Made by a program: the position numbers and the translations under genes. A stretch of DNA of 61,127 nucleotides, counting the filler. It is 12 parts of 12 records of this genome, joined end to end, with 100 filler letters (N's around TTAATTAATTAA, not from the genome) between each part and the next. Parts side by side here need not be neighbours in the genome. Positions count along the whole stretch, not along the records: positions 22,628 to 26,010 come from SRR7504441_12255; positions 26,111 to 32,897 come from SRR7504441_12258; positions 32,998 to 38,580 come from SRR7504441_12272; positions 38,681 to 43,180 come from SRR7504441_12275; 8 more parts are not named here. The stretch is one strand, 5' to 3'. The first letter of the stretch is position 1, and each line of letters starts with the position of its first letter. The notes under the pieces are model-generated. The model saw only the letters and a program-made list of their open reading frames with translations. It made no database searches and was not told the DNA's origin. Below are positions 25,665 to 41,444 of this stretch, one piece after another.

Positions 25665-26010
25665 CTAGAGCAGAAACACGTCCTCCCGCGGCACCTCGAG
25701 CACCCGGTACTTGGCAGGCCCCTCCAGCAGCGTGTCCAGCTGCTTCTGAGTCTCCCTGCCCGCCGTCGCCCCTAAACACCGCTCACCGGCACACCGGTAT
25801 CCGGGATCCCGCAGCCACTCCTGATACTCGTTCTTGGTCCGCCAGCGGGTGAGGATGATGTACTTATTCGGCTCCTTCTCGTCCTGCAGCGTCTGCCCGG
25901 CCTGGGCGCCGCGCTCCCGGGCGGTCACCTCCAGCTCCATCAGCCCGGGCACCCGCTGGACGCTGCTCTCGATCTGCGGCCGGGTCAGCCCAGCACTGGG
26001 GGGGGGGGGG
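25665..26010 (-). CDS. Antibiotic biosynthesis monooxygenase (ABM)-domain protein; 5' truncated, with introns
   Basis: VPGLMELEV...DEKEPNKYIILTRWRTKNEYQEWL, a dimeric alpha-beta barrel ABM pattern. Confidence 0.65.
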
Positions 26011-26345
26011 NNNNNNNNNNNNNNNNNNNNNNNNNNNNNNNNNNNNNNNNNNNNTTAATTAATTAANNNNNNNNNNNNNNNNNNNNNNNNNNNNNNNNNN
26101 NNNNNNNNNNACGTCGACCGAGGAAGTCAGTTCGATCAATCCGGCGGACTTGCCTCGTTCGCGCTCAGTCTTGATCTACGCACTGGGTAAACTGCTGCTC
26201 CAAGTTTGGTGGTTAATCAATCTTTCATCCTGGCGACTGTCAGCTGACTGTGGCGAGGTCCCCGAGAGTGCATTCGGCCAGCTTTGACTTCTCGGGCTCA
26301 ACACCACTCGGAGCGCCAGCCGAGCCGAGGACGCGTGCGGCGGTG

Positions 26346-27193
26346 ATGCTGGTCGAGTACCGGATTCAGCTGCCGTTCAGCCTAGAGCAGTACCAGCGGG
26401 GGCAGCGGTACGTCCAGATCGAGAGCATCAAGGCCGAGCGCGCCGAGCGGCCCGGAGCGGTGGAGCTGCTCAAATGCTGCCCGTACAACGACCGGCAGCA
26501 GCGCAAGCCGGGGCACTACACAAAGGTCAGCTACCTGGCCGGCTCCAAGCTGCCCAGCTGGGTTAAGCGGTTTGTCTCCCAAAGCCTGGTGCGGTCGGCC
26601 GCCGGGGTGCGCCCAGGCCGGCGGCAGGTGCGGGTGCAGGAGGAGTCCTGGAACTGCTACCCCGAGTACCAACGGACAGAGTACCGGCTGGACGGGCTCA
26701 GTCATGTGAGGATTGTGGTGACTAGCCATCACGCAGCGGTCGAGCCGTCCAGCGCGGAGGGCGGGACGGTGGATGAGGTGAGAGGGCGGCCGGACCGTCC
26801 AGATCGTAAGGGCAGATTGATATAGCAGTGGACGGACTGGGCAGTTACTATGCTCCGTCAATAGATCCCAAGCTGTGCAGCTGTGGCGACGGGCCGTACA
26901 GGCCAGGCTGGCAGGTAGCTGGATCCCGGGCCTGGAGGCTGTAACCGGGTTATCAGGCGAGGTGCAGGAGTCTCATGTTTGCAATCAAAGCGGTGGAAGT
27001 CACGGTGAGCGTGCCTGGCATCTCGGGCATGGTGGAGCGGATGTTGCAACGGTACATTCGGACTCTGCTGTTGCGTCAAAGCTGCCAGGCAGTGTGCACG
27101 CAGGACGAATGGGAGGATCTGACGATGAAAGATATCGAGGAGTTGGAGGCCGAGGAGTGCGCTGCTCAGCGGGTGTCCATGAGCAAGCTTTGA
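26346..27193 (+). CDS. Phosphatidylinositol transfer protein (class I PITP/START-like); multi-exon
   Basis: MLVEYRIQLPFSLEQYQRGQRY, GHYTKV...SKLPSWVK, EESWNCYP, QAVCTQDEWEDLTMKDIEELE. Confidence 0.88.
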
Positions 27194-27633
27194 CAGTTGA
27201 GTACTACCGAAAAAAGAGTGAGGTTAGCTATGCGTAGCAAAGCTTGCTGAATACATCTGTTGAGCTGATCCGTCAAATAAATGCGAGGCTCCAACCCGCA
27301 TTAGACCCCTATAATAATTATTGTTGATGCAAGTCATGCTTAAGTCATGCTCAAATGACGCGGATTATAATGCCACCCCAGGAGCGCCTGCTGCATCCAC
27401 ATGCACGCAAGTGCGCTGCGACCGGTCAGAGTCTAATCTGAATCCAGTCAGCTGCTGCCAGTCAAAACTCGACAAGCCTCGGATTCTGTTCGGTCTTGGT
27501 CGTTAGCCCATTCGGCGAATTCTGACCGTCAGTTTGAGCGCTTCCGGTCGCGGCATCCCAATTGCGGCCGCCTTGGTTGTTTCGTCGCCCGGTCTCTCTA
27601 CCCCGCGGTGTTGGGAGGCCCAAGCAAGGTCCG

Positions 27634-29526
27634 ATGGACGCTCGCTCTGTGATCTCCTCGAGTACAAGAAGCCGTGACCCCATGGGCGATGCCAGCGACG
27701 ACGATTGGTCGGACCTGTCCCTCCCCGAGGTCATGAGTTGCAGCGACGACGAAGTTGAGTCATTCGACGAGGACGCCGAGCTGCCCGAGATGCTGGCAAA
27801 GAGGCTCGCGGCCCGGGTCTGCGAGCTGGAGCAGAGACTCGCTGAACGCGCCTCGGAACCTCCGGCCGGGCGGTCGCAGGAGCTCGCGTCCCGGATGCGA
27901 AGCGTGGAGGCTGCCGCCTGCGAGATGGGAAGCCAGCTGAGCGAGTTGTGTAATCGGGCGGCTGCTGCCGAAGACCGGTTGACTCGTGCGAACTGGGTTT
28001 GCGAGAAAGCGGTCGAGGAAGCCGAGGAGTGGCGTACGCAAGCCGAGCAGGCGGACGAGCAAGTGTGTACTCTCCAAGACATGCTCGTCGCACAGAGGCA
28101 GTCCCTGCGCAAGGCCACTAGCCGGTCGGCCGCACAGCTGGCAAGCTCGGACGAGGCCAACCGGCAACTTCGGAAGGCCAAGCACGAGCATGAGGCCTTG
28201 CTCAGCTTAGTTCGGGCAGAGCTCCAAGAGTGGTCCGATGGCCGCCGATCCGCCAGCGAGACTCTGCGTGAGCTGCAGGACCGGATGATCTTCGAGACGC
28301 CCAAGGTCAAGCAGCGGACAGCCGAAGCCACACCCGCCGCGCAGACTCCGGCCAGTAAGCAACCGACGCTCCACAACTGGCTGAGGGAGCAGTCCTCAGC
28401 TTGGTGGCAAGGGCACCAGCCAACCGCTCCGGAGCTGGCTACGGGACATTTCTTGGTTTATCAGCTGTGCACGGAAGGCCCCGATGGCGAGGCCCAGTGC
28501 TTCCGGCTGTATGTTGAGCAGATGAGAGAACTAGTGTGTAGTGAGCTGGCTGAGCAGCGGATTGGGCCCATCATTTCGGCACTTCAGAGGGTGTTCAGAT
28601 ACCTGGACCAGCATTACACGGCTGGGCGGGCTCGGGCTGGGGCACGCTGCTCCGAGGTCTGGTCTGACAAGCTGTGCACAGGGCAGTCACTCAAGCAAGT
28701 TGAGGGTCTTGTCTCGGCCAACCCAAACTGGCGGCCGCTTTACTATCATCGGGCGGATCGAGTATTCACACCGAGAGAACAGCTGCTCGCATCTACCCCA
28801 CCACTGCGCACTGCGCACCATATCGCTCCACTAAGGCCTGGGCCAATCCCAAAGGAACTGCGCTTGGACCTCCCTGGGCTCGAGTATGGCTATCCTGGGC
28901 TCGAGTGGGATCAGGCCAAGCGCAAGTGGGTTCCGACAGACGAGTATGACTATGAGCTCCCACCTGTTGAGGCCAAGCAGCCCGAGGGCAGGGTCGATGC
29001 AGCACAGCCGGACTTGTCGTTTAGTCAACTCGCGTGCTGGCTGGCCGCCCGGGCTCCCGCATGGGGCAACAAGGCGAGCATTGACGAGCTTGCTGAAGGC
29101 CACAACTTTGTCTACCAGATCTGTAGTCGCAAGAAGTCTGAAGCCGGACAAAGCGCTGAAGATCGGTGCTACACGCTTTACTTAGACTACTGCCGGGGCA
29201 TCTGTGGCGAGTTCTCTGGAGAACAGAGGGCAACAGCACTGCACAACCTGCAGACTGTGTTCCGGTACCTAGACCAACATTACACCGCTGGCTGCAAGAA
29301 GCTCGGGCTCGCCAGAACCAAGAAGCCCACGAACCGGCTCGCGCCCGGGCAGGGCCTATGTTCATCTGCGTTGGCAATTTGTGCGAATCCACTCTGGATC
29401 CCTGAGTACTATCTGAAGCCGGCACCAGCTCAGCATTTGGTTGGCAAATCCGATGTGGCAGATGCACCCGGCCTCACGGAGACCTTGGATGGGCCCGATG
29501 AATGGACTCTTGTCCAGCCCAATTAA
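27634..29526 (+). CDS. Coiled-coil protein with two tandem cullin-N-terminal-like modules; intronless
   Basis: Duplicated ~130-aa unit: EL..GH..VYQ.C...C..LY...LQ.VFRYLDQHYTAG...ANP.W.P.YY. Confidence 0.55.
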   Translation: MDARSVISSSTRSRDPMGDASDDDWSDLSLPEVMSCSDDEVESFDEDAELPEMLAKRLAARVCELEQRLAERASEPPAGRSQELASRMRSVEAAACEMGSQLSELCNRAAAAEDRLTRANWVCEKAVEEAEEWRTQAEQADEQVCTLQDMLVAQRQSLRKATSRSAAQLASSDEANRQLRKAKHEHEALLSLVRAELQEWSDGRRSASETLRELQDRMIFETPKVKQRTAEATPAAQTPASKQPTLHNWLREQSSAWWQGHQPTAPELATGHFLVYQLCTEGPDGEAQCFRLYVEQMRELVCSELAEQRIGPIISALQRVFRYLDQHYTAGRARAGARCSEVWSDKLCTGQSLKQVEGLVSANPNWRPLYYHRADRVFTPREQLLASTPPLRTAHHIAPLRPGPIPKELRLDLPGLEYGYPGLEWDQAKRKWVPTDEYDYELPPVEAKQPEGRVDAAQPDLSFSQLACWLAARAPAWGNKASIDELAEGHNFVYQICSRKKSEAGQSAEDRCYTLYLDYCRGICGEFSGEQRATALHNLQTVFRYLDQHYTAGCKKLGLARTKKPTNRLAPGQGLCSSALAICANPLWIPEYYLKPAPAQHLVGKSDVADAPGLTETLDGPDEWTLVQPN

Positions 29527-29883
29527 CTTCAACTTCAGCATGAACGTTCCTTAGCACGACCTCCAGTGCACAGGAGGCTTCATGTTCCAAGATGTGTTTA
29601 CAACGGTGGCTACTCCGTTGCCGAACTTGTACTTTTAATTCCATCGGATCTCCTCGCAATTAATCGCGAGAGCTTGTACTGTACATGCACAATAGTAGCT
29701 CTAGATTACCCCGCGGTACTCCGCGCGTTATTATATTAGTGACGTACTCTTATAAATTTCAGCTCAGCTTCGTATAATTATATCAACCAACATATAACTT
29801 ATTACAGTGGTCTAGTGGTGGTCCATCTCAATGCATCAATTGATGTTCAAATTGAAATTGACGCAATTTATTCCTTTTATTAA

Positions 29884-32810
29884 TTACTGCATCGCATTGG
29901 AAGCGGCCTCCGAGATCCGTTGTTCGAGTACTTGAGCATCGTGATTCTCCGGTACAGCCTCGCCCTCGCTCAAGAGGAACCGCGTAAAACCGCCATTGTT
30001 GCAAAGCAGAAGCCTATGTTTCAGAACAATTCGGTGATTCTGGCCAGCTAGCTTGACCTGCAAACCCAACCTTCAGTTCTTGAATAGTCTAGCTTTGCGC
30101 ACATGTGCCCTCAATACTGTGTTATCTCCTCGAACCACCGCTGTGCAGCAGTGGATGCTATCCTCCTGGATAGCTACACAGCTCCACTCGCCTAGTCTAA
30201 ACTCGACGCTTTCAACCAAGTGCTGGCCAATGCGCTCCTTGACAAAGCAGCGGACCTGGTGTTTGAGTTCAAACCTTGGATCACACCGCTTGGTGCAACT
30301 CGGGAGCGCTTGGTCGGCAATTGCATGGTAATTGCCCAGGTCAAGACATAGCAAGCTATTATCTGCAGGCTCGTCGCCCTGCTTGCCATGCTCACCCCAG
30401 CGCGCCACCATCGCAGCGGCCCAGCTGAACCGGTCAGGTCAGTCCACACAGCTTGAGCAATTGAGCTCGCACCTGCACAGTGCGGCCGCCGCCGGGCTCT
30501 TTGATGAAAGCATCTCCGGAGTCACACCAGTGAGTAGCTCCTTGCACGTCTTGACCTGCATGCTGGCTCTAGCAGTCGGGCACGGGATCATCCTACCTGC
30601 CGCGCACTGATCGAGCTGATCCGAGCCTCGGTGTCTCGGAGCAGCTCAAACAGCTGCTCTGGCTTCAATTGACGGAAATCGGACCATTTAGAACTTATTC
30701 CAATCAACACCAATGCTGCCTCAACCTGCGACCGGCTCCATGGCGGCTAGATAAAGCTCGGCACCGCAAAGTCGACTCCAGCCGGAGCTTTCTCCATTGC
30801 GATCAGCACCGCCAGTTCTGCTGGCACCACCTGGCAGCAGGCTGAATCAGCTCGGGCTGCAATTTGTATCAACCTGTCGGTACGCGTTCACAGCGGTCTT
30901 TCCGCCGGGCCATCTGACCGCGTGGTCCTGGACCGGAGCGCCATCGGTGCACTGATGCACGCCGACAGGCACAACAGCCAGCTGCGGACATCGTGCATCG
31001 GGCTGCATGCTATCATCAATGGACTCGCCGCAGCGCCATCTGGCTTCAACTGACATTGCATGCTGCGGACCCTGCCACCCAGACTCGGCCTCTACCCCGG
31101 CGTGTGCGGCACCAGGCATAATATGAGCGCAGCCTTGGCTGCCCTGAAAGTGTCGGTAGCGGCCAGGACGCTCGCAGATGCTGCTGAGCTGCTCGACTGG
31201 CTCGCCTTCATCACCATCGCGGTCGCGGTCGCCATCTGCACCTCCGCAGCCCCACTCTAGCATCTGCGTGGCCAGCAGCGATTCAGCCTTCTGCAGAGCG
31301 CCCACCCCTTCATCCACTGCCCCCGCCCCGAGCCAGACCAGCGACAGCTCGAGCAGCGCCAGCACTAGCTCAATCCCTTCGTCCACACCCCCAAGCAGCT
31401 CCACCGCCTGTTGGGCCGCCTCCGCCTCCACGCTCCCCCCTCGCCGGGCCGCTAAGCTGACCAGCCGCAGCGCCACTCCTAACGCCGGCCCACTCTGGCC
31501 GGATCGCCTCAGGCACTCAGCCTCGGCCTTGGCTAGCCGAAATTGATCCCCTGGCCGGTGCAACCGACCAGCACACTCTGCCAGCTGCCGCCAGACAGCG
31601 AGCTGCTGACACGGTCCCTCCCGCTGCTCCGGGTACAGAGCCAAGATCGCAGCCCTTGCCACCGGGTGCAGAGGCAGCAGCGGTCCCAACCAGGGGTGCT
31701 CGGCCTTGCCCGCCAGCAGCCCAACTATGGCCTCTCTTGCCTGGCCGGGTCCGACTTGTTCCTCGAGCGCGCAGAACGCCTGTCCGCCCAATGCCACCAG
31801 GAGGAGACAATGAGCCGACCTGAGCCACCAGCTGCTCGTACTCGAGCGGCTCAGCACCCCCGAGCCCGTCAAGAAGCAGCTTCCCATCTGGCATCGCCGC
31901 CCACCTGCGCACCGATCAGCCCCGGTTGGCCAGCCGGCAGACTGTGTGATGGTATCAGCAAACAGCTTGGTGGGCTGTCCGCGCGCCAGCAGCTGCCCGA
32001 TTAACACTCCGTGCTCGAGCTCCGCAGCGCGCCAGCTCTCCGACAGGAGCGGGTCAACTAGAGCCGACTCTGGGGCTGGTTCTGGCATCGAGACACAGGT
32101 GCATGGGCAGCCCTCGGCCTGCCAGATGGCCGTGAGCTCGCTGAGCTGGGCCTGGCTGTCGCACGCAAACACCAAATGCACACCTGCAGGCTCGCTCAGC
32201 GGGGAGCCGGCAGGAGCGCACCGCGCGGGAGCGGGCAAGGCAACCAGTGCTGAGCCCACTGCACGGCGGCCTCCTCCACCAGCACGAAGCTGCTCCCGGC
32301 AGGGGCCCACAGCTCAGGGCTCCGGTGGCCGGCGCGGAACACAGGCTGGCCTCTCCGGCTGAGCACCGCCCGAAGCACTGCGGGGGTGAGCTGCTGTCCG
32401 GCCAGCTGGCATCGGGTGCTGCCCAGCAGCTGCTCCACGGCCGCGGCTACCCCGCCCCGGGCCAGGCACACCGCGCCCACGATCGGCAGCTGGGCCCGCA
32501 ACCAGTCGGCCAGTCCCGCCAGCGCTGCCCGCTTTCCAGACCCGGGTGGTCCGCTCAGCAGTACCACTGAGTTGGCCGGCGGCTCGCCCGCGGTCGGTGA
32601 GAGGACCCCGAGCGCCCCGATCAGCGCCCGAAGGGTTGGGTCGTCCGGAGGGTCGTCCTGCGCGGGCGAGGCGAGTGGCCGGTCCAGTGGCGGGCTGCAC
32701 CGATCCGGGGAGGACTCCTCCTCGGACTCGGCGTCGAAAATGTCGGGCGGCTCGCGTGCGGCAAGCTGGTGCAACACCCGCAGCCGCCACCACTGCAGTG
32801 GCTTCTCCAT
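29884..32810 (-). CDS. P-loop NTPase (NACHT/STAND-like) protein with downstream TPR-like helices; multi-exon, model approximate
   Basis: Walker A VLLSGPPGSGKR, Walker B-like FVLVEE, and helical repeats (EGVGALQKAESL). Confidence 0.4.
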
Positions 32811-33339
32811 GCATGCAACGGTGTACAACGTACTTTTATAACTCAGGCGCTTCCCATACGCAACGGATGTACAGTAAGATCGCACATACTAGATTCGNNN
32901 NNNNNNNNNNNNNNNNNNNNNNNNNNNNNNNNNNNNNNNNNTTAATTAATTAANNNNNNNNNNNNNNNNNNNNNNNNNNNNNNNNNNNNNNNNNNNNGGG
33001 GGGGGGGGACAATGCATCATCATTATTTGTACGTATTAATCTTAAATTAAACTGATATCTACGTACTGATTGGCACGATCAACATCACCCACTTGGACTG
33101 CTATCAAGCTACGATCAGAGTTGAATTAATTATTACAGCCGCCCCGGATGAAAATCTCCAGCTTTGAGTCCGAGCAACTTCACGTGTGTTTTGTTTTATT
33201 TTAAATGCTTACAGAGCTTCAGCGCTTTGCGATTGCGTGCGTTGATCGGGCTTCATCTAGCAAGTGCACTGATCGCCACGATATCACCAGTGCGGTTTTC
33301 ATACGGTTTTCACATTAGTCTACAATGTAGCTTTTGGGT

Positions 33340-36445
<3,106 letters not shown>

Positions 36446-36585
36446 TAGCAAATTATTAGTTAGCGCATAATTTTAATCATCAATTCACATACGATATATG
36501 ATCAAGAAAAGAACCCGGGCACTGGTACGTACGAGCACCAGGGGGCTTACAAAGTGTGCGGCAGTTTCCTCGAATTGCAGCCAGA

Positions 36586-37468
36586 TCAACCATGGCCACT
36601 TGCCTTAATGTTGACGTGCAGCCTGATTGCGGTCCTAACGTATTCGGTGATTTCACTTTTCTTTCTATGGTTTGCCCAATCTGCCAAGTCGGGGTCTCGT
36701 AGCTTGCCCCCAAACTGATCCTTGTGTTGATTAGTTGTTAGAGCACTCTCGATGTTCGGAGCCGCAAACTGCACACACGCACTCATTAACCCGAGGCATA
36801 CCATGCATATGGCAGGCTATGAGGCAGAGATAGAGTGCCACCTTAATCTTGTATCGCAGGGAAAGATCGTTCAGCGACTCGCCCGTCTGCTTATCAGCAG
36901 GCTTTAAGAGCAGATATTCCCTGCACTTTTGGCCAGGAAAAAATCCAGTGTATCCTGGTATATGTTCGTGCATATTGTACCCGTCCAGTTCTCCCTGTCA
37001 GTCGACGCTGATTAGGCCACTCTCTCTCACCGGCAGCTCACCTGACGTGGCCTGACCAGAGGTGGCATTTTGCTTTTGATCATCTTAAGGTCCTGTGACG
37101 GTGTCATCGGCGGATCCTGGTCCTTGTCGGCGTAAGATCCTATCTTGCGACTGAGACCACCCTTCTTCTGCTGCAGTGTCCGAAGCGACACGCGGTTGTT
37201 GCGTGGCTGCCACAAGAGGCTGAGCTACAGGCGACTGTCGACAGTGTCTCACCATCCTTTTGAGCACCTCCTCGTAGCCAGTCCTGTCATCCTCTTCGTC
37301 CGAGTCGAGTTCGTTCCCCTGCCGCAGCAATCGTCAGTCGCTGTCAGCAGCACTCCAGGCTGACTGGGCCTCTCTCACCCCGGAGCCGTGGCGCTTGACC
37401 CAGCTGGCGTGCGCACTCTTCTCTTTGTGCAGTGTCTCGCCCCAGGTGGCGGCCGCGTTGGTGTCCAT
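36586..37468 (-). CDS. Hypothetical multi-exon protein with a PGYTG motif (ciliary microtubule-inner-protein-like)
   Basis: HIPGYTGFFPG motif; exons joined by short introns. Confidence 0.4.
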
Positions 37469-38839
37469 CCTGAGCCCCCGCGGCCCGGCCTCTCCCAGCC
37501 GCTTGTCTCGGCGGCACGGTTCTATAAATAAAAAGAAATCCGTTTCATCACTCGGTGACACGCTTGAAGAGCAGCGGCTGTGGCGGGCTGCGAGGCCGGC
37601 TGGTAAGGCCATGTCGCATCGCGTCGTGCGCAGTGGCAGTAGCCGGGCCGTGCTGCGTGCCCGGAGCAGAGGCAGCCCTCAGACCGGTCAGATGCAAGTG
37701 CTGGAGCCGGAGCCGGCGCACAGTGAGCTGCCCCGAGGTGGCTGCAGCCTGAGGTGGTGGCAGCAAACCCAAGTTACGTGCAGAGCTCGCAAGCGCTCGA
37801 GGAGGTGGCCGAGTCCAATTCTGTCAGCCCAGAGAGCGCGAATGGGGGGCCTGGGCCGCAGGCGGGCGATGAGCTGGGAGGGTGAGGCTAGACCCCATAG
37901 AGGGCTTGACGGGTGGGGGCAGGGATGAGCTTGAAGCATTAGAACGGGAGGATTGGCGGCGGGAGCAGGTCCCCCGTGGCTTCGTGCTTGTCAGCTCACA
38001 GCGCTGTGCAGTCAGAAGAGGGTGCAGCACACAAGGCCGCGTTGCTACAGACGCTGGTCTCGCTCTTCGGAGTGGATGAGGTGTGCTTGTCGTGTATAGA
38101 CAGAGGAATGCTTTGTGGTGCTGCAGAATACAGGACGGACTAGCTTATCTGGCGTGCAACAAGTCTTCAATAGCTGTGATGGCATGGGAGAAGGTGCGCA
38201 GCTAACTGTGCTGGGCTGATGTAAATATGATATTGCCAGGGAACCCGCAATACCAAGAGCTGTTGAGAAACGTCGCAAATGTGCCGCCAAAGAAGGCAAT
38301 GGCCTTCATGAGCTCTGTTTGGCACACAACCGCATTGGAATATCTTATTTCATTGGTTGAAGAATCCTCAAATTCGAAGTAAGTGCATCATGCACGTGCC
38401 CCAAACTGGAAACAACGAACGATCATTTCATGAATCTTGAATCTAAAGTCCATAAAATCTGTCATTTAACAGCCACAGGCACTATAATACTCGTACATGC
38501 TATAATATTGCACGCTCAGTTGGTCCCTCTCGTTCAAAAATGGGGTGTCTCGTACAAACCCGCATGGTGGGCCCAGCGGGNNNNNNNNNNNNNNNNNNNN
38601 NNNNNNNNNNNNNNNNNNNNNNNNTTAATTAATTAANNNNNNNNNNNNNNNNNNNNNNNNNNNNNNNNNNNNNNNNNNNNCCCCGCCGCACTCCTTGCAC
38701 CGGCTGCGCCTTCGGCCGTGGACACAGGGCAGCGAAGGCATCACCGCACTGCCTGGGGACGTAGACGTCTCTTCGCGTTGCTCTACCGTCAGCTGACCGT
38801 TGCTCTGTCCGCACTCCTTGCGCCCAGCTGTGCGGGAGA

Positions 38840-41220
38840 ATGTCTGGTCGGATGCTTTCAGCCGCGCTTGCGGCGCTGGTGCTGTCGACCGCGTCCTGTT
38901 CGTCCGCTGCGCAGACCACAGTCACATCAGCCGATGGATCCATCGCGGTGCTGGTAGGCAGCGCGGGCATCGGCCAGATCCAACACCGCGGAGGCCGATT
39001 CGGGATCCGGCAGTCGGGCGCAGGCCTCACCAACCTGAGCAGGCCGGGCAGCCTGGGCTCGCCGGACCGATGCGCCGCGGGTGCCCCTGGGGTGGTGCAG
39101 GCCTCGGCTGGAGGCGCGGTGGTGCAGACCCTGTGGCACTGCCAGACGTCGGGCGGGCCGGTGTCGGTGGTTGTGCGGGATTCGTTCCTGTCGGGCCGAG
39201 CTTCGATCGTGATCAACACCACCATCGGCACTGCCGGCCGGACATCTCCATTCAGCGTCAACCTGCACACGGGGCTCCCTTCATTGGTCCCGCCGGACAG
39301 CCCGCGGCCAGTGATATGGCTGCCCTGGGGGAAGGGATGTGTCCAGAACGACGGTAAGGCCAGCACCCCATGGTGCCTAGCTGGCAACGCCGCCTGGCGG
39401 GAGCCGCTCTCTCCCGAGCCGTGGCCGGCCAGCTCGGACACTTACCGTTACGGCACCGAGCTATCGGGATTCAAGGACACTTTCTCTGTGCCGATCGTCT
39501 CTCAGATTCACGCTGATGCCGCCATCTCGCTGGCTCTGGCCCCGTCGGACCCTCTGCTTGAAGTCGGGCTGCAGGTGAACGGCGACGGCGGGCTCGGGTT
39601 TGACCGGCAGCTTCTGCGGCTGGGCAGTCGGTCGGTGGTCAGCTTCTCGGCCCACTTGGTTGCCCATGGGCCGTGCTGGAGGCCTGGGCTGCAGTTCATG
39701 ATCGAAGAGTTCGGAGAATATTTCAAGCCGTGGGCAGCCGATGCGGCTGAGTTTGAGGGGCTCGGCTCGTACTCGTGGAACCAGCAGGCTTACAACGCAA
39801 GCTACGCCCGGTCGGTTGGGTTCAAGACCAATTGGGATTTATCAGGCACGTTCATGCCATACGACGGGCTCTTCCTGCCGTACACTGACCGATGGCTGAA
39901 TTTGGGCCCGATCAATGCTGGACTGAACCAGTACAATGTCACGTTCGAGATGATAAATGCCTATTACAAACAGATCCAGCAAGCCGGCTTCCACTCGCTC
40001 TCCTATTTTGATATCGGCAACTGGGGTACTCGTACAGACACAAACTACACCGGCCCCGCCCGATACTGCGGCCAGCGGCCTAGCGGTGACCCGGCTCCGT
40101 GCCCGGATCCGAACGGCGCCAATTCATACCTTCGGGATAAGCTTTCGCCGGCGCTGCTCCGACACGGCTGGAGTGTGTCAGGAGGCAAATTTATGCAGCA
40201 TAAGATGGACTGGGTGGGCACTACTGACATGGACACGATCGAGCCGGTGTTTGAGGACTTGATTGTAGAGCAGCTCGAACGGCACCAGCTCAAGTTGCCG
40301 GACACGTTTGAAGGAATCGCGATAGACCGTCTCGACTACAGTGAGTTCTTCAACTATGATCGCGACGACGGGATAAGCTGGGTCCCAATCAACGCCTCCA
40401 ACGCCTCCCGCCCCGCCGAGCTGGACGTGTGGGGCCCGGCGCGGGCTCTGCGGCTGTCGTATCGGCACACGTTCGACAGGCTTCACCAGGTGCTGCACCC
40501 AGCGGGAGGCAAAGGCAAGATGATGCTCAATAACTGCAATACTGTTTGTCGGCTGGATGAAATGCGCGCGTTCGACGGGACTTTTAGTGAAGGGGCGACG
40601 CTGAACGCGGTGGCCTGGACTGGGCTGGCCTGCCCGACCATTCTGTGGACCTATGGGCTGGCCCCTGAGCTAGACTCTGTGCTCGATCCTTACTTTCAGC
40701 AGCACTTGCTGATGAACGTAAGCAACCGCTCGATGTGCTCGCGGGCTGAGCCGTGCGGCAGGTGTATCCGATGGCCCCGATGCCCAAGAACGATCATAGC
40801 ATCCAACCGGGCGATCCCGTGGTCGATGGCGCCTACATGGATTACGGCCGTCTGTTTGACGCAATGCACGGTGCACGGTGGCTGCTCACTGAGCGTCCGG
40901 TGGCTCTGAACGGCTCCGGAGTGGTCAACGTCTTTTTTACGCAGCTTTCTGGCGGCGGGGCTCTCCCGCAGCTGCTTGTCCCAATTATGATGAGCAACAG
41001 CTCGGCTGTGCGGCTCGAGCTCAACTTGCTGCCCACAGAAGAGGCGCTCGGGTGGCCGCGAGTGCTGCGCGCTGTCGCTGAGGGACTTTACCCGGGACGG
41101 GACGACTGGCAGGCGCTCGGGTCGCTGGCAAAGGGCCCGGCCGGGCTGACGTGGGGCTTGCAAGTGCCGGTGGTGCGAGGGTGCGCCTTGGTGCGAGTGC
41201 AGCTCGATGGCAAGCGTTGA
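38840..41220 (+). CDS. Secreted protein, putative glycoside hydrolase-like TIM barrel; 1 intron
   Basis: Signal peptide; GFHSLSYFD, FEGIAIDRLDY and MMLN motifs. An intron near 40718-40761 joins the ORF ending at 41220. Confidence 0.5.
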
Positions 41221-41444
41221 TCCGCTGCTTGCATGAGTAAGTGGTCAGGAACCTGCCAGGCTATAAAACCGTGCTGGTGATCAACAAGTCATTAATGAAG
41301 CTCACATCAATCACTGAGAGTACTACATAAGTCTTGTAAGACTTAGTAAACCATTAATTTGATGATTTAGTGGGCAGCCCCGAATAACTTGCACGTAATG
41401 AACACGTCTCAGAGTGCGATATAAGTACACATGGAAAACAAATA

